Assembly (NCBI GenBank): GCA_051362555.1 | Contig: CM120642.1 | Location: 11,594,001-11,658,000, forward strand | DNA length: 64,000 nt | Reading direction: 5' to 3' | Source: Lingula anatina | Taxonomy: Eukaryota; Animalia; Brachiopoda | Shown: piece by piece, positions 1-11,293 of the stretch | Layout: each line of letters begins with the position of its first letter | Position numbering within the stretch: the stretch's first letter is position 1 | Translations under genes and position numbers: made by a program | The notes under the pieces: generated by a model | What the model was told of the DNA's origin: nothing | The model's input: only the letters and a program-made list of their open reading frames with translations | Databases searched by the model: none

Positions 1-381
1 CTGATTCCTTTTTCCTTTTCCTTTAAAGAAAGCTCTTCAGAATACTTCAAAGCACTTTTCCTAAGTATTGATTTGTTATTTCATGGAATTCCATAGATAT
101 AACAGGGGCATATCCAGAGCTATTTTTCTGACAGTCTTCCAAATTATCTTTGTTGATCCATCCTCCATTGTGACCATCTTCCGACAGAAAACATTAGATA
201 CCCGTCAATGTAAACTTGAAAATCTGACAGTCTTCCGGAACACTCAGAAGATGGGCTAAATCCGCCCCTGTACCTGGGCATGATGATATATAAAGAAGAA
301 ACAGTAGGGGTTTCCCAAATGAAAAGACATTTTTTCAAATCAAAATAAATTTTATTGGCAAGTTTTAATCACTCTCTAATG

Positions 382-2125
382 ATTATTAGTACCACCAGCG
401 TATACGCTGGCGGTACTCATGGTTTTAGTCCCGGCCCGTCTCGTACAGCTCCGCCGGCTCCTGCGGCTCCGCCGGCTCCGCAGTCGGGCGCCGGAAACAA
501 GTCACCGTTACCGCTTCTCCTCCTAGACCGCAAGGACCTGTGTCCCCATCTCTTGGATTTAGGTAACATATAATCTCAACTTGAACCCCCTGGTATTTTT
601 GTCTCAGTTGGTGCATTGGTCTGGGTGTGATGCTCACTGAAATGCACCCTTGTCAAAATTTTTGAAAATTTGATGCTAAATATCTCCCAAACTGAAGGAA
701 TTATGGAAAAAGTTACTATAGAGGTCTGACCAAAAGTCATATATGGAGTTTCCAAATATGCCCTTGGATTTGACATTTGACCTTTATTTCAAGGTCAAAC
801 AGGCCAAAATTTTCTAAAAATGGGAATTTTCTGCAAAAAAAGAATTGTTTGTGCCAATTTTCAGAAACTACATAGACCTAAGCTTTCATATTACAGTGAG
901 GGCTACTATTTAGGGACTCCCTTCATCTTCGTGGGTTTGGGGTCAATCGGTGCATTTTCACGGGAGAAGCAGTCATTTGATGCCGAAACTAAAAACTCTG
1001 TAATTGTGGAACTGTTTACACTAGAGACGTCTTGTTTTTTGCATGAAGTACAGCTTGTCAAGCACAATACTGGAGGTGGTGTCCATTTTTTTATTTTCCA
1101 TACGGTTTAGGAGTTGCACTTTATTAAATAGTACAACAATGCAATATTCAGTAGTTAACATAAAATGAAAAAATACTCCCAAAATTAGCAGAGATACACC
1201 CATAGAATTTGAATAGGAAGTCATTAACTAGCAATCTAACTGTGACCTTGATATTGACCTTTGACCTACTTTTCATGATGAACTTCACTTTGCAAGTTTT
1301 CTGGTCCTTATATCATCAAAACTAGCAGAGATACACCCATAGTTACCATTGAACTTGAATAGGAAGTGATATACTGACAATCTTAGAGCACATTCCCATA
1401 GATTAAGATCGATCTTACTTGATCGACCTAACTCCCTGCAGTTAGCCGACCACACACAGAATTTAATTATCCCCTTACAGCTTTTAGTAGGCATGACAGG
1501 CACTTAAGCCAGCTAAGCTGACAGTAATCTAGTGAGACTCCCCATGGGGATAGATCGATCTAAAATCTGTGGAAATGGGGTCTTACTGTAACTTTGAAAT
1601 TAGCCTTTGACCTTCAAATTGATCTGTGACCTACTTTTCATAATGAACTGCACTAAAAAAAATTCCCTCCCTTATATCTCTAAAACTGGCAATAGTTGCT
1701 ATTGATCTTGCATAGAAAGTCATATACTGGGAAACTTTTACTTTGAAATTGACCTTTGACCTATTTTTCACCATGAACTGTAGTTTGCAAATTTTCCCAC
1801 CCTTATAAAATATACTGACAGAGAAATGCCCATAGTTACTATTGAACTTAACCCAAATATAAACAAACTTTGAAATATTGTTTCCATTACAGTTAGAGAG
1901 GAAGTCCTACATTCACAATGATACTACATCCTTGTATTTGACCTTTTACTTTTTCCCACCTGATTTAAAAATATAATAATTATCTATAAAAAATGATAAC
2001 CCTTATTTACTGCATTTCATGCAGCTTGTCAACCCCTCCCCCTTCTTTTTCCTTCCCATTCGAATGTGCTTACTCCAGCTGGTGGTACAATACCAGGAGG
2101 CGGTATCGCCTCTCTGATCCTCTAG
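382..2125 (+). mobile_element. Non-autonomous Helentron/Helitron-like element (HINE/DINE-type), family A, older copy, in a POFUT1 intron
   Basis: 5' palindromic subterminal repeat GTACCACCAGCG-TATA-CGCTGGCGGTAC (389-416), GCCGGCTCC microrepeats, degenerate copies of the 146-bp satellite unit (about 1170-1940), 3' subTIR GCTGGTGGTAC (2078-2088), hairpin GAGGCG-GTAT-CGCCTC, and an end of CTAG followed by T's. Same architecture as 37161-39948. Confidence 0.8.
1383..1585. mobile_element. About 200-bp MITE-like insertion nested in the family A element
   Basis: Imperfect terminal inverted repeats TAGAGCACATTCCCATAGATTAAGATCGATCT ... AGATCGATCTAAAATCTGTGGAAATGGGGTCTTA interrupt a satellite unit after ATACTGACAATC. 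Confidence 0.55.
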
Positions 2126-2154
2126 TTTTATTTAATTTTTATTTTTTATTCTAG

Positions 2155-2902
2155 TCCAATGCTTGCAACCATGCTTCTGATAGCCCACGGTTGTTTGCTG
2201 CCCCACAGTGTCTGGGATATAACAACGAATATGGAAAAGTCACCAAAGAGTTGTGTTTTCCTTCGGAGAAAACTATTATCTCACAGGTTAAGAAGGTTGT
2301 CAAAAAACATAAACTAGGGGCAGTGTTTGTAGCTACAGATAATGATCCCATGTTGAAAAAACTAAAGAAAAGTTTAGAAAAGCTAAAGGTAGGTGTCAGA
2401 GCTTCATGTACTTTATAAGGTTATGTGTGTATGCATGTTGGCATGTTTTAATAAATGGGCATATACACCTGTATGTATGTATGTATGTGTTTTTCATACC
2501 CTCTGCCAGGGTCACAGATTGATTTTTCACTAGATATTCACAGATAGGTCTTTATCCAATTCTTAGCAATTTTCTCTACTGTGTCCATTGAAAATTTGAC
2601 CATGTTTCTGACATGATATTCCTGCATTTTACAAGCCACTATTGTATTGGTCGTGAATGCTAAATGCTTGAAATACTCATAGAAAGTATAACATTTTTTT
2701 ATTCCAGGTAAAAACAGTGGTGACAACTCATCCCAGTGATTCTCCACACATGGATCTGGCCATCCTTGGGAAGGCAGACTTCTTCATTGGGAACTGCGTC
2801 TCAACATTTTCTGCATTTGCTAAAAGAGAGCGTGATGCCAAAGGGTTGCCCTCAGCATTCTGGGCATTTAAGGAACAGAAGGTGCAGCATGAAGAATTGT
2901 AA
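2155..2902 (+). CDS. POFUT1: GDP-fucose protein O-fucosyltransferase 1, last two coding exons (2155-2388, 2708-2902); upstream exons lie outside the window
   Basis: Spliced translation [22 protein letters not shown]...LCFPS...AVFVATD...|VKTVV...[30 protein letters not shown]...HEEL* matches the POFUT1 C-terminal motifs (ASPQC, VATD, DLxILGxADxFIGNCVSSFTAFVKRERD). It ends in a KDEL-like ER retention signal (HEEL). AG/GT sites are canonical and in frame. Confidence 0.95.
2498..2590 (+). repeat. Dispersed repeat of about 100 bp (further copies near 7881-7998 and 9788-9906)
   Basis: Shared motif ACCCTCT(A/G)CCAGGGTCACAG(G/A)TTGATT(T/C)TTCACT(A/C)GATATTCACAGATA(G/T)GTCT in the 2498 and 7881 copies, with a more diverged version at 9788. 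Confidence 0.6.
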
Positions 2903-5156
2903 TGATTTAAGGACAATTTTAAAAACAGTGGTCAGCTTGCATGTTTCTGTTTTTTTTTCATTTGACAAGATAAGTGCTTTTCCATTTAGTGAATGATAAT
3001 TTGGCAAAAATAAAGTCAAATATTTTTTTTGGTCTTCAGGGAAAGTAAATGACGGTGAAAATTTTGGTCAAATAATTTTGTGTCAACTCTAGTCTCAAAC
3101 TTGTTAGAAACAAATTAGTGCATTTACTTGCTGATACAATTTTCTCGTCTTTTTTTTGTAATAGATTAAAACTGAATCTATTATTGGAAGTGGCTGCCTA
3201 TTGCATTTGAGAAAAACAAAGTTGTATTCTCTATGATGAGGTTTATTTTTTAACACTTAAATCTTATGTAAACTCATTATTTGATATTTAATATTTACAG
3301 CTTTTTTTATTCTGTTGAATGGTGTTACATTGAGCTGGTCATGAACACATTGGATGGCGATTTTTGCCAGGTCGTTCATTTAGATGTCAGTAATAAAAGA
3401 GCATCATTAAAAAGACCAATAGGTACCCAGTATGTTCAGTCCAGTTGGATGATAACTTATTTCCAGTTTTATCTGCTTGTATTAAAAAACATTCCATGTA
3501 TTTTTGTTAAATTTCAAATCTCGTCTTCCACCAATTGTTACAATGTCAGTTAAGCAGTTAGATGGAAATTAGTATGGTAAATACAACCATAAGTCATTTA
3601 ATAAATTCTTATTATTATCAATGCATATGTTGTTAAAATAATTCTAGTGCCTGTTTGTCTGGATTTTATTTGAAATTTTTTTTCATTATTCCTTTAACAC
3701 TGGCGTAGACAGGATATGAACAAGGTGGGGGCAGAGGATTGTGTAAAAAAAAAAATTATTTACCCCCCCCCCCCCCCCCCAACTTCCTCAGACTGGATCA
3801 TGTCTTTTTATGAATTTTTGGATCATTATAAAGATAAAGGACAGAGTGAAATTTAGCTCCAAATCATCAAAGATCCATCTTTCTTCTTCTTCAAATAATC
3901 TTAACTATTACAAATCAATAGAGATAACCCTAGAACAAATTAGAGTTAGAAGGCACTTCCGGAAAAATTGCCTAATAATTTGATGCTGCTAGATTTACAT
4001 TAGCCAAAGGTTTTGGCTGTATTGTTGCAAATTACTGGAGGGTGGCATATATGTATTGTGGCAGTTGTTATACAGAGGCACCTAACGCATTTGAAATGTC
4101 TCTGAAGGTATTTGACATTAAAACAATTGTGTTTTATTTCTCAACTAACCCACTACTGATACTCTAGTTGCACTGTTGTGCGTTCTGAATGAAACTATCG
4201 TTCTGCGTGGATCGATCCAACTCTGCTAGGACTCTCGCTGAATGCAATCAGCATGACTGAATGACACGCCACCTCGAGCAGTTTGGGAGTGATTAACTTT
4301 CTGGAAGTTTTTTCGCTTTATGGAAGTTTTTGTTACTTCGTTTTGAGTGGGACGGAATGCACACAAAAGTTAATCACCCTTTACTAGCTGGTTTATCGTT
4401 AGTTGTACAACTTTGCTTGATTTGAGCTGTTCCTCACCAAGATGACTGGACGTTCGGACTCGGTCAAGAACTACAGAGTGTCACTAAGGAAGGCCGAAAC
4501 TCGGGAGTTTATTGAGGAACAAACGTATGAAAATGTAAATTAAATTATAATCAGGAGAAATCTTATTGTCCAATGATTAGGCTACGTAAAATAATAGAAA
4601 GAAAGAAAGGAACATAAAGAGACAGATAAAAATGACGAAAGGAAGATCTGGAGAAAGAATGATAAAAAGGAACATAACACAAGTGAGCTAAGGAGACAAT
4701 GGCGTGAGCTATAAAATGACTCTTCGAGGATCTTGCAACAAAAGGAAAAATATAAGATTCAGTCTGCGTTGTAATTTTACTACAGAAATAACCATAGTGT
4801 TTTTATTCGATTGGGTTTTGACATATGGCATTTACATGTGCGTTAAACCTGTTTTTTAAAGCTACATTTGTGAATTACTGAGGAATTGAACTGTACAGTT
4901 GACCATAGACTGGTGCAAATATCCACTACCGGTACATTGACAGTCCGTCAGGATGTTCTTGTCCCAACTGCACTCGGTGACAAAGTTCTACTCGTTTCTT
5001 TCTTACTGTTTTTCGTCACTTTAATGACTAGCATGGGCTAAATTCAGTTTTAATTTCAGTCAAAAAATGGAGCATAAATCTAAGCCCACCTCCAGCCTAC
5101 TTGTACAAATGACTATATTTAAGTGAAATGGAAGAACTGATTTCTTGCTCCTTTGT

Positions 5157-8100
5157 CTAATAGTTGACAGTCGGACGTCTGTTATAATGGTGTCTGCGTC
5201 CATAGTTCCAGTTGGCCATGAATCGTCTACGTTGTTCGGCCTCGCGGGCATTTTCCCTTCTGTCTCTTTCTATTTCGTAGGGACTGTCGTCAAATTCCCA
5301 TGTAGACTCCCAAGGTCCCTGACTCTCGTACATTTCATCCATCTCATCCATCTCATAACGCCATCTAGAACTTCGCTTTGAGCGCAGGAAGGCCTTTGCA
5401 GATGCGGCGTCCCTCTTATGAAATTTGTGAAGTCGGTCTACGGAAGGAGAGGAAAAACGGTTACAATACAATGTGTTGCGGAAAGTTAGTAGATCACTAA
5501 ATGGAAGTAAGATTTACTATTTCAGCAAACTACCTCTTAAAGAACTGACTGAAATGAGAAAGGTAACGCAATACTGTTAGATATTTGTTATTTTTACAAA
5601 AAGCTTGTACAAGTAAAGCGACACATTCATGCTTATACGTATGATTTTTATTACAGAAACTTGATTGATTTAGTGACTAATTTGTGGCAACCCATTTTTG
5701 CCATTTTAAAATTAAAGTGTATGGTCGAAGAGAAGACCTTAAAGCGAAGGATGATTGTGAGAGGTATCTAAGAAAACTTGTGTACTTCTCAAAGGCCACA
5801 CCTGAAACGTGTATTTAGGTTGTCATATTACTGCCGCTAAACCCGACACATAATTGCACCTTTGTGTCAAGTAGAATGACTAAAAATACTGAAGAGTATG
5901 ATTTCCCAAAAAATGATATTAGCGCCTATATTTTCTGCTTACCTCCTGTGCTCAAATTAGCAGGCCAAAATTTCGACCAGAAATCTGAAGTAGGTGCAGT
6001 TTTTAAAGGCCTTTCTGCTGCCCAAGAGTTTTAATTTCTTTCTTTCTTTCTTTCTTTTTTTTTTTTTTTTTGTTTTTGGTATGTGTATTTCATTTAAGTC
6101 GTTAAAGAAACTGACACTAGTACAAAAATTTATAAACGTCAGGTCTCTAATTTTGAACTGAGTCTTTCATTTCTAAAGTCGCACCGATAAAGAATGGTAA
6201 TAATGATAACTTTCTTTGTTTATTTTCCAACTTTATTTCATTTATATTATTATTGTAATAATAAATTTTATGAAGTTGTCTATTTAGATTCAAGGGTTTG
6301 TTAATACAAGTATATTGACACGTGTTGCTGAGATATTCATTACAACCTACCCACAACATTTACATTGACGTGGTAACAAAGAATAATTTTTATAATATCT
6401 TAGAAAAAAAAACGTAAATCAGCTAACATGGAAATAATTCTCTTAATGTTCTAGTGAATATTGAATGTACACTGGAGACAATAATGCCAGGTTGGACAAT
6501 GGTATAGAATAAGTAATTAATTCTTACTCTGAAGACTATCAAAACATGGCAACCTGGGTAAAATGTTGTAGAGCTTTTATAGGCAAACAACGTAATAAAA
6601 CGGGTAAAATGTTCTAGATACGTGTTTCATTACCATAAAATCCTTTTGTACGTGACGATGCAAAACGATAACAACTATTTGAATGTTACACAATTAGCTT
6701 TATTTAAACTAACAGAGCAGAATAAGTGAAGCGCTTGTCTGTATGAGTTGTATGAACATGTATACTTCGTGTAAATATGCAGAAGTCGCGTGCCCAAATT
6801 TGCATAGTCAACCGAAAAATTAAGCAACAACGGTAAGCATTTTGGTATTCCACTTTTTCGACAAAAAAGAAAAAAACGATTAAGTCGTCTGTGCCTGGCA
6901 ACTTGTGACAGAGCCACACAATAGCCATACAAGAGATGGTTGTTGCTTAATTGATGACCAGACCCCGTGTAAGTTTTATGCTTTTGGTCACGGACCAATA
7001 CTGCTTGCTCATTCCGTACCAGGGCTGAGAAAAAAAGTAACATACAAATTTGTGTATGCAATTATGGGTAACAGTAGTTGTGATTGTTTTGAGAACTTCT
7101 TTCCGTCAGCAGATACCAAACAATAAGTCTCGCCTGCCATCGGCATCGTGGCTCGGTGATTAACCTGGGATGGAGCTGTGTGCTGTGAAGTTCATTGCCA
7201 AAAGATTCGTTTATAATTAAATTATAAGTGATAAAATTATTTTATAACAAACTACTACCGCACCATGTGGTCAGAGAGTAGCTTTCTAAGACGACATTTC
7301 CAGCGCATAGGGTTTCACCCTTATTGGGATTTGGAGTTTCAAAGAATTTTTCGAAAAGACTATCAGAAACAAATCTTATCGATAACTTCGCGCCAATTCT
7401 TTGGTCATTTACAGAATCTACTAACAACTTGTACACGTAGCAATCTCTCACAACTTGACTTCTGCATCGATCAGGTTGCGCCAAGAAGTTATATAGATCA
7501 AATACATTAAATTTAAAACAAACAAAATTATTTCTTTTGAAGATCCGATATGAAGAAGAGCATATCCGTCTACTAGAACTTCTATTGGTTTTTAAAGTTA
7601 AAACTTTTGATTCTAAATAGACTAATTGATAAACGATTAAAATGAATACAATTAACTAGGATAGAAGATAATATATATTTTGTGTCCTAGATTGATGTGA
7701 CTAAAATAATGAACAAGTCCTTTCAAAATTACTTCGAGTGTGGGCAGAGAGCCGTCTCATTAATACCCGGATTAAAACGATTGCACAAAAAAAAAAAAAA
7801 AAACGCAGAAATAATAAACAGTCACATTCTGAGTTATGGCATTTTAAAAACGTCGGGCCATTAATCTCTGGATTTAACAGACCCTCTACCAGGGTCACAG
7901 GTTGATTCTTCACTCGATATTCACAGATATGTCTCTGGTTAATTCATGACACGATTCTCTTCTTTGTGGCGGTGAAAGTGCAGATAATTAATCTGCAGCT
8001 CTCTTCCCATTCTAACTATATTACTACCGTCAGATTACAGGACGCTTGCAGAAAATAAAATAGCATGGCAACAACACTTACCCTCTTTGTCGACACTTGC

Positions 8101-8861
8101 TGCTATGGCGTTGGTTATCAGCACTAGAAACAGAGAAAAAATGTATGTGAACATCGCTCACCGCGTTTTAATCGTTCACCAAACACGTGTACAAAAACCC
8201 TGTTCGGATCTACACACAACAGCCTCATTATAGTCTGGGCTTAATGATGATGCAGTACCCTGCCATAAAGTATGCACTACGAACTATGGTCTGGATTGCA
8301 AAGAGGATTGTAATCGTGTCTTTTTTTTCTGAAATTAAAAACTAAAAAATTGAATTGTTTTAGACCAAAATTTAATTACAGAATCGAATAAAAAGGAAAG
8401 CCAGACAAGAAAACGTTCAGCGTGACAGGATAGTGTATTGAACTTTCTTGAATAGTACCAATCACTTTATGATGCTATGGGCTAAGGAAACCTTTACGGT
8501 GAAGACAAAATTCTTGTAGAATTTGCTAAGAAAACCATTTCCACCTTTCAAATAATGAAGAATCGTTTATAAGGTGTAAACCAAAATATTGCTGCAAATA
8601 ATAATTATAATTATAATAAAACAAATTCCTGAATATCCTAATTAAAAATCACAGTGATCGCATACATCTAAAGGCAGGAACATTAAACTGTATCTCCGCG
8701 TGGAGATAAGAGGAAAAAGATTAATAAACAAATTAAGTTGAAATAAAGTTTTCATTTTGGTAGCTAGTTAAGCCATGTACAAATTGCTAATTTTTTTTCA
8801 ATTTACGTTACGTACCAACAAAAGCCATGATGGCAAAGGAAATCAGCAGCGACTTCTCCAT
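5157..8861 (-). CDS. Secreted Glu-rich precursor, UCMA/Gla-rich-protein-like, 122 aa; exons 8816-8861, 8082-8123, 5157-5437
   Basis: Three phase-1-joined exons with canonical sites (G|gtacgt, tttctag|, G|gtaagt, ttccgtag|) give MEKSLLISFAIMAFVVLITNAIAASVDKEDRLHKFHKRDAASAKAFLRSKRSSRWRYEMDEMDEMYESQGPWESTWEFDDSPYEIERDRRENAREAEQRRRFMANWNYGRRHHYNRRPTVNY*. It has a hydrophobic signal peptide, a furin-type RSKR site and an upstream TATAAA. The gene model is well supported; the family assignment is inference. Confidence 0.8.
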
Positions 8862-8970
8862 CTTTGCTCGAAAAACGGCTCCAAGTCTGTTTGGGTCTCT
8901 CGGCTTGCGCACTAGAGCGAACACGCAGTGGGCTGTCTTAAATAATATGAGCTAACTTGTTTGGGGCGAA

Positions 8971-8976
8971 TTTATA
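8971..8976 (-). promoter_or_regulatory. Candidate TATA box of the Glu-rich precursor gene
   Basis: CCTATAAATT on the minus strand, about 110 nt upstream of the ATG at 8861. Confidence 0.5.
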
Positions 8977-9477
8977 GGACAGACTCTGTTTTTCGTGCCC
9001 CATGTGACTTTAACCTGTCTTTACACATAAGTGGAATCTGATGTATTCAATCTTTTTTTACTGAGTAATGGAATTAGTTTACACAACTGTTGGTCTCCTG
9101 TACAACATAGTTCAAAGGCAATGAAGAGGAAGGAGTTTTAATGATTTTACTGCAATCTTCTTTACCACATTGAAAACCTGCATCTTCAAACTGGGGAATA
9201 TTTTTTCGATGACAGTGTATTCTTCAAAGACTTAAGTTAGGTGAAAGAAAAAATACAGTAATACGATGGCGATGCAGTTGGTATGATGATAATAATGATA
9301 ATAGTTTGTTTATAGTAGTACGTCGGTCAGAAAAATGTGCGAAACGTGGCAGTTTGTCAATTAAAAGGTTAGGACTTTAACTATAATTGGAAGGTTTTTT
9401 TTATTTTCATAAAGGATAATTCATAAAGTAAGAGCAAAAAAGTGTGAATATTTGAATTTAAGCGTTTGATCGACAAG

Positions 9478-10281
9478 TTAAAAAAACAAAAGGCAACAAA
9501 GCTGTCAAATGTACAGACACAAAGCAGAAAATAACGATACTAGTGTACAAAAAAGTTTTATTGTCAATTTTTCAAAGTCACACACTGAAAATGCCAATAT
9601 GTTAAAGATAAAAATTTTACAAAAAAAAAAAAAAAATGCATACATTCAATTAAAATAATACAATTAAGTTGGTTTTCCAATTTAGGCTGTATTTTAGTTT
9701 GAAGAATTATTCTTTCAAGTAAGAGCATAATAAGTAACACTTTCCTTTCCTTTGTTTATTAGTGTTTATGGTGACATTGCAAAAAATTACCTTCTACTAG
9801 GGCCACAGGTTGCTTTTTTATTAGATATTCACAGATATGTTTCTGGCTAATTTATGGCCCATTTCTTCGCTGTCGTGTCAGAGAAAAGTGCACATAATTA
9901 ATCTGCGGGTTTTTGTCAATTTTGATGCAGTATAACTTACAGTTAACAGCATAATCACCACCAATTTCTACATATGTACTAGGGGTAAAATGGACATAAA
10001 AAATTAACTAGCATAGGGCCTCAGCACCATGGTATTTTAAAGTCATACACTGAAATGACAAAAATGAAAAAAAAATTTAAAAATCGAAAATTCGTACTTG
10101 GCCTGTAATTTACCCCAGTTATGCCATAAATCACCCACGTAAGGTTGAGGGTAATAAGTCACTTCGACTTTCATAAATGGCGTTAACGATGAAAAGTGCA
10201 GGACGACGGCGTCGCAGACGACGACGACGGACGCAAGAGATGGCTACACGTGAACGTACAAACACACTGTATCTGTACATA
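9478..10281 (-). mobile_element. Non-autonomous Helentron-like element, family B, short copy in reverse orientation
   Basis: The reverse strand begins ATGTACAGATACAGTGTGTTTGTACG, followed by (GTC)n repeats, and ends TGTGTCTGTACATTTGACAGCTTTGTTGCC plus a T run. The termini and an internal CCATGG-containing unit match 34844-40310. Confidence 0.7.
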
Positions 10282-11257
10282 TGAAAACTCACTTTATTTC
10301 ATGCTTTACGTAGCTGTTGTTTTCACAGACTGTATAAATAGTTGCGCGTATTCCACGTCTGTAAGCCATAACACACCAAAGCTCTAACAGAGGTTCGTAG
10401 TTTCAGTAGAAGCCGTCATGCTCAAATAATATGGGATGATTTTGGGGGATGATTAATATGGGAAAATGGCTTCAAAATCGTCATGCTCTTACCATGTTGT
10501 GGGATTTTTTTCTTGTGTTTTGAAGTTGGCAATCAATAACACTTTACCTGGCATCCAAATAAAATCGTATCTAATAGAAATGTGCCTGGAGAATATTTCA
10601 ATCGCATACATTGAAAGGGGTTGCAACAGATAATGCCACAGATGATGTTGAGAGAAAATGGGAAAATTAACACCATCATTTTCTCGACTAATGCACGCTA
10701 TTTCAGTATCAACCAAACATTATTCCATCCATTTTTTGTTAGGCAACCACTACTGCAAGTGTGTACCCTGGTTGCCCTTTTAAACTGAACCAAATGCAAT
10801 AATAAAAGCCTTGGGTTAATTCCATTTTCATAATTATAACTTAAATTAGTCTATATAGTCTGTACACATGTTTCACATGTATGAGTCTTCCTTTTTAGTA
10901 AACAAAGTTTTCCCATGAAATGTAAACATGCTTGTCCTGGCAACTCTTCACGTGGCTCACGCGCGGACACGTAAAGACGTAGGCAAACAAAAAACAGCAG
11001 CGTTTTCTGCATCTTTCTTGCCTGCAGGATTCTATTATGGAATTTGATAAAGCTGCCTTATATTAGGTGATGTTATTTGTTGGGAATTGCTTTGTTTTCC
11101 TCCGCAACTGGGATTTACATTGTATTTTCAAGGCCTTGACATTTAAGGCTTATATCTTAGTAGCTTTCAGCTCTGACTTACTGTTGTTTTTACTGTGCGA
11201 ATATAACCCTTTCGTAAAGCTTACTCGTATTTGTTTATTATTCGTTTTCATAAGCAA

Positions 11258-11293
<36 letters not shown>

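Noticed and set aside
355-637. Pro/Ala-rich and Arg-rich ORFs (also 37101-37361)
   Set aside because: They are translations of the GCCGGCTCC microrepeat inside the non-autonomous element; no Rep/helicase or transposase motifs.
5438-5471. N-terminus MYCNRFSSPSV of the ORF-track call 5157-5471
   Set aside because: This is the intron polypyrimidine tract and acceptor; the exon starts at 5437.
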